Positions 52,459-64,000 of a stretch of DNA of 64,000 nucleotides are shown here, one piece after another. The position numbers and the translations under genes are program-made. Below the pieces are notes generated by a model. That model saw only the letters and a list, made by a program, of their open reading frames with translations. It made no database searches and was not told the origin of the DNA. The stretch spans positions 4,634,504 through 4,698,503 of the forward strand of contig NC_057756.1 of assembly GCF_004010195.1 (NCBI RefSeq), in the 5' to 3' direction. The first letter of the stretch is position 1. Each line of letters opens with the position of its first letter. Source of the DNA: Chiloscyllium plagiosum (Eukaryota).

Positions 52459-53325
52459 CTGTTTATCTGTATATGGCTTTAAAACAAAAGCTGTCACATT
52501 GGTGTCACATTGGTGCAGATCAGCGAAGTTGAACGTAACAGAATCAATTGAATATCACGGACAACAAGAAAATTGCAGAAGATATTATAGATCCTTACAA
52601 TAGGTGTATTTAATGATAATCTTCATACCAATACGCAGTGGCAACTAAAACTTTGGAATTCCAAAATGCATTACATGCCAGTTGAATGGTGTTTTGGTGA
52701 TGAATTTGCTTTTGAAAAATATTCAAAGTAAGTTAGTAAGTTTGATATTAGGGACTCTAAAAAAGAGCAATTAAAATCAACCGATTTTATCGTTGCATTA
52801 AGCTTGATATTGAAGCTGAGCCAGTCAATTGAGCCAAGCAATTGATCAAATTGCTTGTGACCAAATACATATTTAGCTATTGAAATGAAATGTAAAACGC
52901 CGAGGATATCTAATAAACAATCGATTCCAAGCAAACTTTGGTTTATATTCGAGGGAATTATATTGAATATTTACTTGCTGTCTATCATGTGCTTTCCGAA
53001 TTCGGCCAGCAGATGTCATTCTTGGAACCAATCTATTAAAATTCATACACACAGATTGAACAAAAACACTTTCTGAGCTGACAGAACAAAGCCTTCTCTT
53101 GTTAAGTTTTATTTATTTTCTCGTATGGTTATTAAATACTAACGGAGCAATAAAGCCACAGAAACATTAATCTTTCAGGACAATCTTGTGATACTTTGTA
53201 GCAACATGCAACAATGCTATAATAATGATTCATGTTGCGTATGGATTTCATTCATGACACCATTAATATTTCTAGCCAAAAAGGTCATATAAGTTATTGA
53301 AACAGATACAACTTCTGTCAGTTGT

Positions 53326-53643
53326 GGGCGGCACGGTGGCACAGTGGTTAGCACTGCTGCCTCACAGCGCCAGAGACCCGGGTTCAATACCCGTCTCAGG
53401 CGACTGACTGTGTGGAGTTTGCACGTTCTCCCCGTGTCTGCGTGGGTTTCCTCCGGGTGCTCCGGTTTCCTCCCACAGTCCAAAGATGTGCAGGGTCAGG
53501 TGAATTGGCCATACTAAATTGCCCGCAGTGTTAGGTAAGGGGTAAATGTAAGGGTATGGGTGGGTTTCGCTTCGGCGGGTCGGTGTGGACTTGTTGGGCC
53601 GAAGGGCCTGTTTCCACACTGTAAGTAATCTAATCTAATCTAA
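53326..53643 (+). mobile_element. HE1-type SINE, full length, young
   Basis: A and B boxes, near-identity to the 33202 copy, (TAATC)n tail. Confidence 0.95.
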
Positions 53644-53873
53644 GCTTAACTCATTATACTTACAGTGCAAACAGGAAAAAGAAATTGTTCATTTTCTCTT
53701 AACTTCTGTGAAGCGGTGACCAAGATTCCATCTAATCCTGTCAGTTCATTATTCAACCCCACTCATGCATCATATTTTCATTGCAGATTTTTCTCCTCTA
53801 CCAATCCGTCTGATTGCAAATACCCATTCATAACGTTGACGATGAGAAAACCTTATTTCCATGCTGTATATAC

Positions 53874-53940
53874 CAGTGAGTCCATTCATTTTCACGACCA
53901 CATAGTCTTCAAATTCCACAGAAATGTTATCTCATGATTT
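53874..53940 (-). pseudogene. Candidate cytoplasmic exon with in-frame TGA (KS*DNISVEFEDYVVVKMNGLT)
   Basis: Acceptor ttccttgataccag, donor CTG|GTATAT, phase 0 to 1 in the tyrosine-containing frame. Confidence 0.33.
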
Positions 53941-54036
53941 CTGGTATCAAGGAATACTGAATTCATGGTGCCATATTTCCAAGTTAATTACCACATACAA
54001 CAAATGGACAAACGTTCAACGAGGCTACACCCTACA

Positions 54037-55078
54037 ACGAGGCAGGTCGTGCCTCACAAACCTTGTTGAATTCTTTGAGAAGGTGCCTAAGGAATTGGAC
54101 GAGGGTAAAGCGGTAGATGTGGTGTATTTGAATTTTAGTAAGGCGTTTGATAAGGTTCCCCATGGTAGGCTCCTGCAAAAAATACGGACGTATGGCATTG
54201 AGGGTGAGTTGGAGGTTTGGATTAGGAATTGGCTGGCTGGAAGAAGAGGGTAGTAGTTGATGGTAAAGGTTCATCTTGGAGTGCAGTTACTAGCGGTGTT
54301 CCGCAAGGATCTGTTTTGGGACCATTGCTGTTTGTCATTTTTATAAATGACCTGGAGGAGATGGCTAAAAGGTTGGGTCAACAAGTTTGCGGATGATACG
54401 AAAATCGGTGGAGTTGTTGACAGTGAGGAAGGATGTGTCAGGTTACAGCGGGATATAGATAAGCTGCAGAGCTGGGCAGAAAGGTGGCAAATGGAGTTCA
54501 ACGTAGGTAAGTGTGAGGTGCTTCACTTTGGTAAGAGTAACAAAAAGATGGGGTACTGGGCTAATGGTCGATTACTTGGTAGTGTGGATGAGCAGAGGGA
54601 TCTTGGTGTCCATGTACACAGATCTCTGAAAGTTGCCACCCAGGTAAATAGTGCGGTGAAGAAGGCATATGGCGTACTGGCTTTTATTTGTAGAGGAATT
54701 GAATTCTGGAGTCCTGAGGTCATGTTGCAGTTGTATAAGACTCTGGTGCGGATGCATCTGGAGTATTGTGTGCAGTTTTGGTCGCCATACCATAGGAAGG
54801 ATGTGGAGGCACTGGAACGGGTGCAGAGGAGGTTTACCAGGATTGGTAGGTATAGGACAGATGTTAGGGGTAGATTCTTTACTCAGCGAGTCGTGAGTTC
54901 ATTGAATGTCCTGCCAGTAGCAGTGGTGGACTCTCCCTCTTTATGGGCATTTAAACGGGCATTGGATAGGCATGTGGAAGATAGTGGGCTAGTGTAGGTT
55001 AGGTGGGCTTGGATCGGCGCAACATCGAGGGCCAAAGGGCCTGTACTGCGCTGTATTTTTCTATGTTTCTATGTTTCT
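54037..55078 (+). mobile_element. CR1/HER1 LINE, 5'-truncated, young, with internal deletion
   Basis: [43 protein letters not shown]; tail ttctatgtttctatgtttcta. Confidence 0.97.
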
Positions 55079-55625
55079 AAACCCTCTGTTGAAGAGTAAA
55101 TCATCTACCTTGATAGGATGTTATCATTTGAAATCAAGTAGTGATTGTTAAATTATTGCTTACATATCGACGTTAGTCGGGTTATAATTGAAAAATATTC
55201 CAGCAGCAAATTTTGAACAAGTTTTCATTTAGGACAGGAAATCGGCTCAGCCAACATCAAATAATTTGGATGTCAGTTTACCTTAAATAAATAGCACACT
55301 AATATTATCCACACCTCTTCAAGTGAGCTAAATTGTCTAATTATGAACAAATAAGATGATTTAAAATGTACACAATGATGCAAGCGTTCATTGATTTTTT
55401 TTTTACAAATTGTAATCTGAAACGTCCATATTCAATCTTATCAGATTGTTGATAGGGTGTAAATTAGACAGATATCTATGATGCTGTGAAACCACAAATA
55501 TAGTTATATCATGCTGAAAGAGATATTGGTTACTGCCATTGCACAGCCAGTTTTACTCTAAACATATTACTGCTATGCATGACCAACCAGTACTAATAAA
55601 AAGAATATTATCACTTACCTTTCTT

Positions 55626-55747
55626 CTAGAGGGCGACACATTTTTTTTTGATAATGAGAATGACTGTTCCCAACACTGCTATACAAGAAACCACGGCGAT
55701 TATTGTAAACACGTTGTACGAGATCCGACATTCCAAACTGTCTTCAC
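55626..55747 (-). CDS. CD2/SLAM/CEACAM-type Ig receptor, exon 4: stalk, TM and short tail (GEDSLECRISYNVFTIIAVVSCIAVLGTVILIIKKKCVAL*)
   Basis: Acceptor gtcatatag, phase 1; 21-aa TM then KKK; TAG at 55628-55626; exon runs on to donor AAG|GTAAGT after 55619. Confidence 0.88.
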
Positions 55748-56672
55748 CTATATGACAATCAGAATCAATAGTCAAACAGAAGCAATATGTTTTCTCAATA
55801 TTAAATACATTCAAGAAGCACTGTTGACCAATGTTAACGGTCAATAATTATGATGCATTTCAAACAATTTTATGTCTCGACTGAGCCAAACACTAAGAGA
55901 AAATACCGCTTGTGTCTCTCCTTTAACTGAAATACAATTGGTCATCTCCTCAGGCTTTGATTAAGATTAAGAATTTCCAAATTCAGAATAATTTTTTTTT
56001 CGTTATTCAAATAGTTTAATTTCAAAAGTCAAATCCGATCTATTTGAAATGGTCTATTAATTTGTTACCAACCTTGGATCCGGTCTCATACGAAAGCAAA
56101 TTGCTCCAAACTCATACCTATCATAATTGTACCTTCAGTAAAAAAGAATTCTGTTGAAAAATCAATTGTCTATCATTCTCTCTACAAAAGCACAAGCGAA
56201 ACAAATTATTTTTAAAATCAACATGTTATTTTCTGTTCTCTTAACTTCACTTAATTCTCCGAAACTTGTTATTGTTGGCAAGGTCGGCCTCTACCAGACT
56301 TCCAAAGATATTATGAGCAAATGTTAGTGTTTCTTCTAGGCCATGAGTATTTTCGTGTTACAATTCGGCCATTTTGCTGCATGAGTGCATTTTCTGGCCG
56401 GTACTGGATACTCGCACCATCTTCTGCTGAAGAAACCCTTACCTCCGTCAGCTGAGGCCTACAAAAATCTAAAAGTATTATCTGTGTTAGTTTTAATATG
56501 TGAGGTCCACGTGCCAAATGTTTTAGATACTGCAAATTTTAATTCTATGTTCTGAGCGTTCTTTTTAAGATGCTTCATGTAAAAAGCATTACATATTGCG
56601 TTCCATGCATAAAGTATCATTCTTCTGCCACAAATTCAACAAGGTACCTCACAAACATTAGTTAATACTTAC

Positions 56673-56939
56673 CCACTAGTGTCCGTGAAGTTTCTCTTTG
56701 GTTGATGCTGTTTCGAACTGTGCATTTGTAAGTTCCACAGTCCACGTTGGTAAAGTTTTGAATGTATAAGCTACTATTGTCTTTTGTTAATATAAACCTA
56801 AGGTTTGATGGCAGCTCTTGGTTGTTCTTCTGCCAGGAATACTGAGGAAATGTCCCTTCACTAATTTTACAAAACAGCACCAGGGCATGTTCAGTCAAGT
56901 CATCTTGGTAAATGGCAATTTTAGGAGAAGACACTGGAA
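56673..56939 (-). CDS. Ig receptor exon 3: IgC2 domain
   Basis: ttattttgcag|...G|GTAAGT, 267 nt, phase 1-1. VPVSSPKI..LVLFC..GTFPQYSWQKN..DNSSLYI..DCGTYKCTVRNSIN. Confidence 0.95.
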
Positions 56940-58489
56940 CTGCAAAATAAAAACAATTCATCTTTCAATCACTTAGCTTTCTCCTCGATTGTAAGCCGAG
57001 TATTTATCAATGATATTTTTTCAGTAGCAGATAACAAAGTGGACATTCCCTTATTTCACTTTAGTTAGCAGAGATATATTGTACAACACTTGTAAAAACG
57101 AGTCAATGCTTAAATATTTATTACATTTCAAAATACAAATTCAAGATTAAGAACAACCAAGGTTGTTGTTAACAATTATATCATGAGTGGAACAAAAGCA
57201 ATCGGTGGATGTTTCTGCTCACGAATTTGCATGTGCGCTCTGGATCAATCCAATGATTCGTTTAACCAAATTTAATGAATGAAAAAAGTTATAATTCCTC
57301 GACTTAGAGCCAGGGCAGTGCTAAATATCCAGTGGCAACCTTTTTTTTTGAGTGGTGTGGTGACATGACAGGCAAATTTGGTGCAGCCGAGTTTCAGTCA
57401 CCTTCTGACACTTTTTGGCAAATGTCGTTGCACCTCTGAGCAATTTGAACACTGGGGCAATATTACGTTTGTGCATCAAACTTTTATATTTTATGGTTTA
57501 TTGGAGCAATTGAAGTCTCCATTCAAGTTATGAGCGGAGAATATGGTAACACTGCAAATAAGCACCAAAACTTGCAGTTGCCGTTCCTGGTTATCCTTCA
57601 AGTGACATTTCCAAACTTCCACTAAAAAAATAATGAAATATGTTCATGCAAGTGTTTGCAAATTATTTCAAAACGTGTTTATTCTCAGATGTCAATCAAC
57701 ATTCTAGGAATATTTACTTAGGCTTGACGGCCTGTGGTTTGCAATGAATGACAGAAGCACATAACAGTTAGGGGACAGAAAAAGTGTATTGACTCCTCAA
57801 TAACACATGAACGCATAAAGCTTTATAGCATCGTGCTCACGTTTTTTTTTAAATATAATCCTGCATTTTTTTTGCTTGTTGTCGTCAGAATTTATACTTC
57901 ACTGCCTCAAATTCATTGCCGTCAGCCTTCTTTCAATCACTACTCCTCGTGTATATGTCTATTTCTTCCACTCAGTTTTCCTACTTTTACAAATCGTTTT
58001 ATAACTGTGCTATATAGTTCGCAATCTGTTTAAAAATGGGATTGTTTAACCGAATCCATCCTGTTCAGATCCTTATTGATTGAAATACTTTGTCAAATTT
58101 CCTTTTAACCTTCAATTCTTCAAGAGAAACAGTTCAAACTGCTCTGAATATTCTTCACAGATGAACTGTCTCATTCCTTTTCTTTCCTGTATTCATTTCT
58201 GTCCTGTATTCACACCTTTCCCACAATGTGCACTCCCCCCCCCCCCCCCCCCCACCAGCACAGTGCACAATACTGAAACTGAAACTTAAATAACATCGTT
58301 TGTATGCCCGTGACCATCTGACTGTTTTTATTCGACATAGTCCTATTTATAAAGCCAAAAATACAGATCACTCATCTCGATCTTTCCTGTGATTTATAAT
58401 AAATATCCAGATCTATCCAACGCTAGATGTAATTTGCAACACTGATTTTATTTAATGCCATTTCTCCACGCTCTTTTTACCGAATTGCA

Positions 58490-59047
58490 ACACTGAGAAA
58501 AACAGACCATGAGCTAGCAGTTGCCTGCATCTTTAATGTATCACCCTGTTCCCTGGCCAACATCTCTGTCTCAGGCTTGCTGCAGTCCTCCAGCAAAGCT
58601 CAGCGCTTGCTGGAAGAACAACATCTCATTTCCTCTGGGGGACCCTCTAGCCCTCTGGACTCAATATTGAGTTCAATAATTTTAGCGTCTGAAATCCCTG
58701 AAGTCCTGGCCCCCTATCACATACACCAAGCCTTGTTATCACATAGATTGCGATTACACACTACCCATTGTTCGCGACTAGCAGTCTCCATTAAAAGCTA
58801 TTCAGCCTCCCAGCCAGAGCATTGTCGACTCCGTTGACTGTCCAACTGTTCTTCCCTCTCTTTGGTGTCTATCCATTCCGATCCTTACACCACCCCCAAC
58901 AATATTTTCTGCACGTTACTCTAAATTATCCTTGCTATCATTAATTCTGAGGAATGGTCACAGGACCTTAAATATTAACTTTGATTTCTCTTCACAGATG
59001 CTGCCAGACCTGCTGAGTTTTTCCAGCAGCACTTTTTTGTTTCTGAA
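58490..59047 (+). mobile_element. Penelope 3' end (family 3) in intron 2 of the Ig receptor
   Basis: AVACIFN..PCSLANISVSGLLQSSSKAQRLLEEQHLI (GIY-YIG C-terminal part); degenerate hammerhead-like CTGAGGA near 58947. Confidence 0.75.
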
Positions 59048-59429
59048 ACACCGAATTTCTTTGCATTGAACATCATCTGCCAGCTCACCACCCACAACTA
59101 AAATATATCAGGCTTCTTCCCATTTCACAGTTGCCATAGACTTGCATCATCCGTAAGTTATGAAGTTGTCAACTTTGCAGGAACAACACTAAGGTTGCGT
59201 GCTTAACTGTGGATGTGGCAGGAATAAAACAAAGACATTATGTGCGAGCTGAAATTGAATCTCTGCAGAAACATGAGATGGTCCTACAAATCATTGGTAT
59301 TGTTAACATGCATGATGCTAACAGGTTCTGTACTTTCATATCCATGAGTTTGAGAATTGATTTCGGAACTCTTGAAAATTATCAGAAGTATCACCTTCCA
59401 TTTCGTCAAAAGAACATATAATTACTTAC

Positions 59430-59741
59430 CAGAAATAGCTAAATAGACAGATTGAAGTTTTGTGAGGCCATCAACTGCTACTGTGGTTACTTGATAGAAG
59501 CCAATGTCCTCGACTTGTAGATTTAAAAGTTTTAGGGAGCAATCAGGGAAGCATTCCACACGGTCTTTATGTCTCCCGAATTTTTTGCAAGGACCATTCT
59601 TTGAGCAGGTTATGAATCTTTGCTTGTCCTTATCCCAGGTGATTTTCGTTACTATTCCTTCTTGCTGAATCGTTAATAAAACTGACTTACCCCGGATTCC
59701 AGTCACGTTGGTTTCTCTTGCTCTTAATGTAAGTTGATCTG
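59430..59741 (-). CDS. Ig receptor exon 2: N-terminal IgV domain lacking the canonical B-F disulfide
   Basis: ttttactgcag|...G|GTAAGT, 312 nt, phase 1-1. NVTGIRGKSVLL..ITWDK..RVECFPDCSLKLLNLQVEDIGFYQV..VYLAIS. Confidence 0.95.
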
Positions 59742-60704
59742 CTGCAGTAAAATAAAACGCGATGATTTAGCATCTCCCACTTCAATTGCTCCACGTTTTC
59801 CAAAGTTAGTTTGACTTACGTCCCACTTTCACTCCCTAATTTTTTTTGAACTTTCTGCGTCCCTTTCTCTGTTATGGACACTTATGAATAATTAATTCCT
59901 GATCAAAACTTTTTTTTTGTTTTTGATTGTTCATTCTTCTATGTCAACAGCGTTATTTTCTCTATTATTAGACTTCTTTGCAACGTTTGGGGGCTGTTTA
60001 ATGTAATGCGGAGTTAATGTTCACTCAGCTCGATTTTCCCATAGAATTTCGTAAATCTTCCACTCCAATTTTTTTCACACCTTTTATGCATTCTCGCCCA
60101 GAATGAGCCAGGCTATTGTGTGTTCAATTACAAAAGACAACAAATCATATTATTCATGCCACCACTCCGCCTGCAACATTGAGCATGTTCTTTTCATATT
60201 TTATATTGTTATTCCAAACCTTTGGCCATGATTGTTCCAAATTTCACGACGAGTACAGTTGCATAATGCACAACTAATCACAAAACAGTAAGCTTACTAT
60301 TTCAAGAGGTACTCATTTGGGTCTCGAAAAAAATGGAACTGAATCAGTAGATCAGTCATGAGAGAATTGTATAGCTCGCATCAGAGATTGGTTGAGTGGC
60401 ACAAATCTCTAATTTTCTATATTCCACCTCCTGTGTTACAGGAACCATTCACAAAATTGCAAACGAAATCTGAAATAACTACAAAAATTAGACAGACATC
60501 CGAATCACATACGGTAACTTCGCAAAATATCATCTTTGAAGTATTAAACTTTGAAGTAATATGATTCAACGTTTTTTTTAGATTTCTTTTTCTTTCAAAC
60601 AGTGCATTACCAATCTGTGTACTTGAATACACGAAAATACAAAGCATTTTCTTTTTATCGCAAAGGTTTTGTGCTCTTCATTTTGTTATGAATTCTCCCA
60701 GAAG

Positions 60705-60890
60705 AAAGTGAGGACTGCAGATGGTGCAGCTCGGAGTCGAAAAGTGTGGTACTGGAAAAGCACAGCCCCTCAGACAGTATCCAAGGAGCAGGAGGGTCGA
60801 CGTTTCGAGCTCATGCTGGAAATGTTGACTCGCCTGCTCCTCGGATGCTGCATGACCGGCTGTGCTTTTACAGCACCATACTTTTCGACT
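60705..60890. mobile_element. Fold-back Penelope-derived short element (family 1)
   Basis: agtcgaaaagtgtggtactggaaaagcacagc is mirrored by gctgtgcttttacagcaccatacttttcgact. Confidence 0.7.
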
Positions 60891-61255
60891 ACGTATTCTC
60901 CTGTCAGTGGATGTTTTTATGTCATTCATTTAGTCAACGAAAACTTTGACGATAACTCTCCATTTTTCCCTCCATTCTTGCACAGTTTCGTTTATTATAC
61001 ACTTCATATAACTGAATGTCTTTATCACTTTCTCTTATGGTTCAACTACTTCGCCCCTGCATCAATGCATGCATTTATATTTTCGTATCCGCTGCTCAGA
61101 TGTGAGGCACTATTATTTAGTAACCAGCGAATTAACGATTAGGAAAGTTGAACGAACTTTAAGGCTTATTTTCTATTTTCAATTTCTCTCATGAAACCAA
61201 GAATGATATATTTGTAAATGCTTCAAAGCCTTCTATGCTATTGTAACAGATATAG

Positions 61256-61312
61256 TGGTGGCACGATGGCTCAGTGGTTAGCACTGCTGCCTTATGGCCC
61301 CAGGTTCGATTC
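61256..61312 (+). mobile_element. HE1 SINE tRNA-like head fragment
   Basis: tggctcagtggttagcactgctgcc...ggttcgattcc. Confidence 0.7.
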
Positions 61313-61905
61313 CTACTAAATGGTTGTTTCTGGAAAACAATACCTCGAAATTGGCATGGTAATATTTAGTGCCAAATAATGAAGCAATTAAATTTTGGAG
61401 ATCAATCTTGTGTAATATCCAAAGTGAACTTCGCAAAGCTGTCCATGCTCACTCAAATACATATTAGCGAACATCGTTTTAAGATGCAGAATTAGCGGTT
61501 AGCCTTTGCTTCTACACATTGCATTAATTTTATGCTTTACAAAACCTTTCTGTTCCAACTCGTGAAAACTTGTTTCCAGTCAGATTTGCATATGGCTCGC
61601 ATTGTGGTAGAACATGTGCCACTGAGTACAGCTAAACGGTCTTTGAGCGGTCACTTGACACTGGCCGGATGCAATTATGACGTTCTTTGTGCTGTGATAC
61701 ATTACGTTTATCATGGTTTTGGGTCAAGGTAATAAAAAAATCCTGCATAATGGATTTGTCTTTACTCTCTGATCTGATCTGTTTTTTGAGGCAAGCACTC
61801 ATGCAAACATGGTTTCTATATAGAGCAGCTGAGGTAATCGGAGCAGTTTTCCTTCATTATGCACTTGTGAGACAGATTTTTTTTTAAAATACGAACATTT
61901 TCTGA

Positions 61906-62107
61906 TTTGGAGATGCCGGTGTTGGACTGGGGTATACAAAGTTAAAAATCACACAACTCCAGGTTATAGTCCAACAGGTTTAATTTGAAGCACACTAGCT
62001 TTCCGAGCATCGCTCCTTCATCAGGTGATAGCTGATGAGGACGCTCCGAAAGCTAGTGTGCTTCCAATTAAATCTGTTGGACTATGACCTGGTGTTGTGT
62101 GATTTTT
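61906..62107. mobile_element. About 200-bp fold-back element (family 2) with two opposite-strand hammerhead cores
   Basis: AACATTTTCTGA at 61894-61905 and 62108-62119; minus core 61993-62027, plus core 62032-62055. Confidence 0.88.
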
Positions 62108-62541
62108 AACATTTTCTGAAATTAACTATGTCACGTGCTTTCTACTTTTCATCCGTATTGAGACAAACCTCTGGAGCATTAAGCTTTGGCCTGTAAATTC
62201 TGTGTCAAAAGTGCAGTGACGACTACTGACCACTCAATCATATCATACAAATGATCGTTTCTAGTTTTCTGTTTGCGATTCTGTTTTTTTAATTGCGCCA
62301 GAAACAATGGTAAAAATTGAAACGATCACATATTCCCACCAACCTTAACTTTGTTGCTACAAAACCAGTCAAATGTCAAACACCTAGCCATCAACTCTCA
62401 GAACTGAAAGTTAAATATTGTTATCCCATGTTTCCGAGGTTCATTGATGCCCAGTAATCATACCAATTGAACTTTTTTGGTGAATATTGACTTGTGTTTC
62501 AACTTCTATTTACCAATCATGGATTGAATTATAGGTCTTAC

Positions 62542-62605
62542 CCCTGAGGACAAGTTGACACAGAAGTATCTTGAAAAGCGGAGTCATTTTTCTGGACAAC
62601 ATCAT
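62542..62605 (-). CDS. Ig receptor exon 1: signal peptide (MMLSRKMTPLFKILLCQLVLR)
   Basis: 64 nt, donor GGG|GTAAGA, phase 1; joins exon 2 as ...LVLRA-DQLTL. Four exons total 765 nt = 254 aa plus stop. Confidence 0.78.
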
Positions 62606-62714
62606 ACACACACTCCCGATGCAAAAACGTGAATACAACATGAACGCTCAATAGCTTGTGTCTTTCGCTTAGCAGACCAGTGCTAATTCTAGTGAGAATT
62701 GATATCAGCAGCAG

Positions 62715-62772
62715 CTTCCGTCAAATACATTGCCATGGTAACCTGCAACCACAAACCAGCAAGTTTCCGGAT
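62715..62772 (-). promoter_or_regulatory. ETS / RFX X-box / RUNX / ETS motif cluster upstream of the Ig receptor
   Basis: CGGAAG (62720-62715), ATTGCCATGGTAAC (62729-62742), AACCACA (62747-62753), CCGGAAAC (62770-62763). Confidence 0.6.
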
Positions 62773-64000
62773 GAGCATTTGATACCATTGTCGTTGCAGT
62801 TAAGTTGGCATTCCTTTTCTCAGAATTAAGTATCTGGAATTTGTATTTAACTATATAGCTAAAAAACTATGGTTTGTTTTCCATTTGTAAAAGTAGCAAA
62901 AAAATCTAATCACTGATCACCAATTGAAGGAAATGAAGTATTATTTCACATGGTAAGAAAAATGACACTGACACCAGGGAGCAGAAAAATAATTTGGTTA
63001 GTTTCAAAAAATAAATTAAAAAGTATCTTTGAACATGGTCAGTTTGGTCAACTGGTGCAGCTGTAGAGATATATACGATAGAGGAAATGGATTGCATCAA
63101 GCTGTAAACCGAATACTGCAGAAATTATTAAAAAAGCACCTATCATTTGAGATTAAGATGTCATGCTTGTAGCCGAACACATGATTCTTTATTGCTAGAA
63201 ATTTGGGGCTCATAAATAAAATCAACGACCTTTTCAGGAAGGGCATTCGAGGTAAGGACAGATTCATGCAAGATTTATCTGAATTAAATATCGTTTGCTT
63301 ACATTTTGTGCGCAAGGGCAGACAACAAGGCAGTGCAAATCTTTAGTTTAAATCAGACAGTGAAGGAGAGCTGAGAGTAACATTTCATTATTAAAATGCT
63401 GCTGAGTCGGTGTTAGAAGATTGTAGTTCAACACATTGCCAAAATAAAGGAAAGGGAGGAAGAGGGGGCATTGCCAGAGAGTTATTTTAATATATTTAAA
63501 ACTGTTACTGGAGACCTAGAATCGGTAAGTGGACCAAGAATCATTGCTTGGTCCTGAGCTGTTATTAAGCTTTAATTTGTCTTAAATCTATGAGGGAATA
63601 AATCGTGTCCCTATTAACTGTATTATGAAGTGAAGGCGTGTATGCTACCTTTCAGAGGGGGTGAAAGTTGTTTTGCACTGTGAGCTTACAAGCACCTGTT
63701 ATATGTCAGCTACCTGTCTCAGAGTGTACTGGACAGCTGAAAATATGCAACATTTGGCTGCGCAACAGATACCTTAGGTTAGGTTGCTATTTTGTCAGCA
63801 ATTGGAATTTAATCAATCAGTTTAAATTATGCCCCAGGATAGTAAAACCCAATCCAGTTTGAATTTGTTATTTTGCCAACGTCAAACCAATGAGAGGATC
63901 CGATATTTGGGGTAAAACGACTCATACATACTCGAAGTTAGATAGAGAGTAAACTGCCATCTGGAGAGAGACTGTCATTCAAAAGACTCTCTATCAAAGG

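Noticed and set aside
54347..54997. 216-aa RT-like ORF as a domesticated gene
   Set aside because: 5'-truncated, frameshifted CR1 copy with an ordinary 3' tail.

Overview
Repeat-rich vertebrate DNA from an elasmobranch (shark-like): HE1-type tRNA-derived SINEs, CR1/HER1 LINEs, Penelope and Gypsy remnants, and one 137-N gap. Most ORFs in the supplied track are noise or retroelement debris. By-eye splicing gives two well-supported genes. (1) An intact two-exon GPR139/GPR142-like class A GPCR on the minus strand (2890..540, 323 aa). (2) A four-exon CD2/SLAM/CEACAM-type receptor on the minus strand (leader-IgV-IgC2-TM, 62605..55626, 254 aa). It has four non-canonical V-domain cysteines, an RFX/RUNX/ETS promoter cluster, and a stop codon 7 nt before a perfect donor; candidate tyrosine-motif tail exons lie downstream. 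Between the two genes are weaker remnants suggesting a birth-and-death Ig-receptor cluster. These are a decayed plus-strand V-C2 gene with apparently two consecutive TM exons, a decayed CD300/pIgR-like V exon with leader, an orphan TM-like exon, and tail-like exons copied by a 389-bp tandem duplication. Several Penelope-derived elements carry minimal hammerhead ribozyme cores, including fold-back insertions with 11-12 bp flanking direct repeats. Gene models rest on manual translation and splice-phase logic only; the pseudogene calls are tentative.
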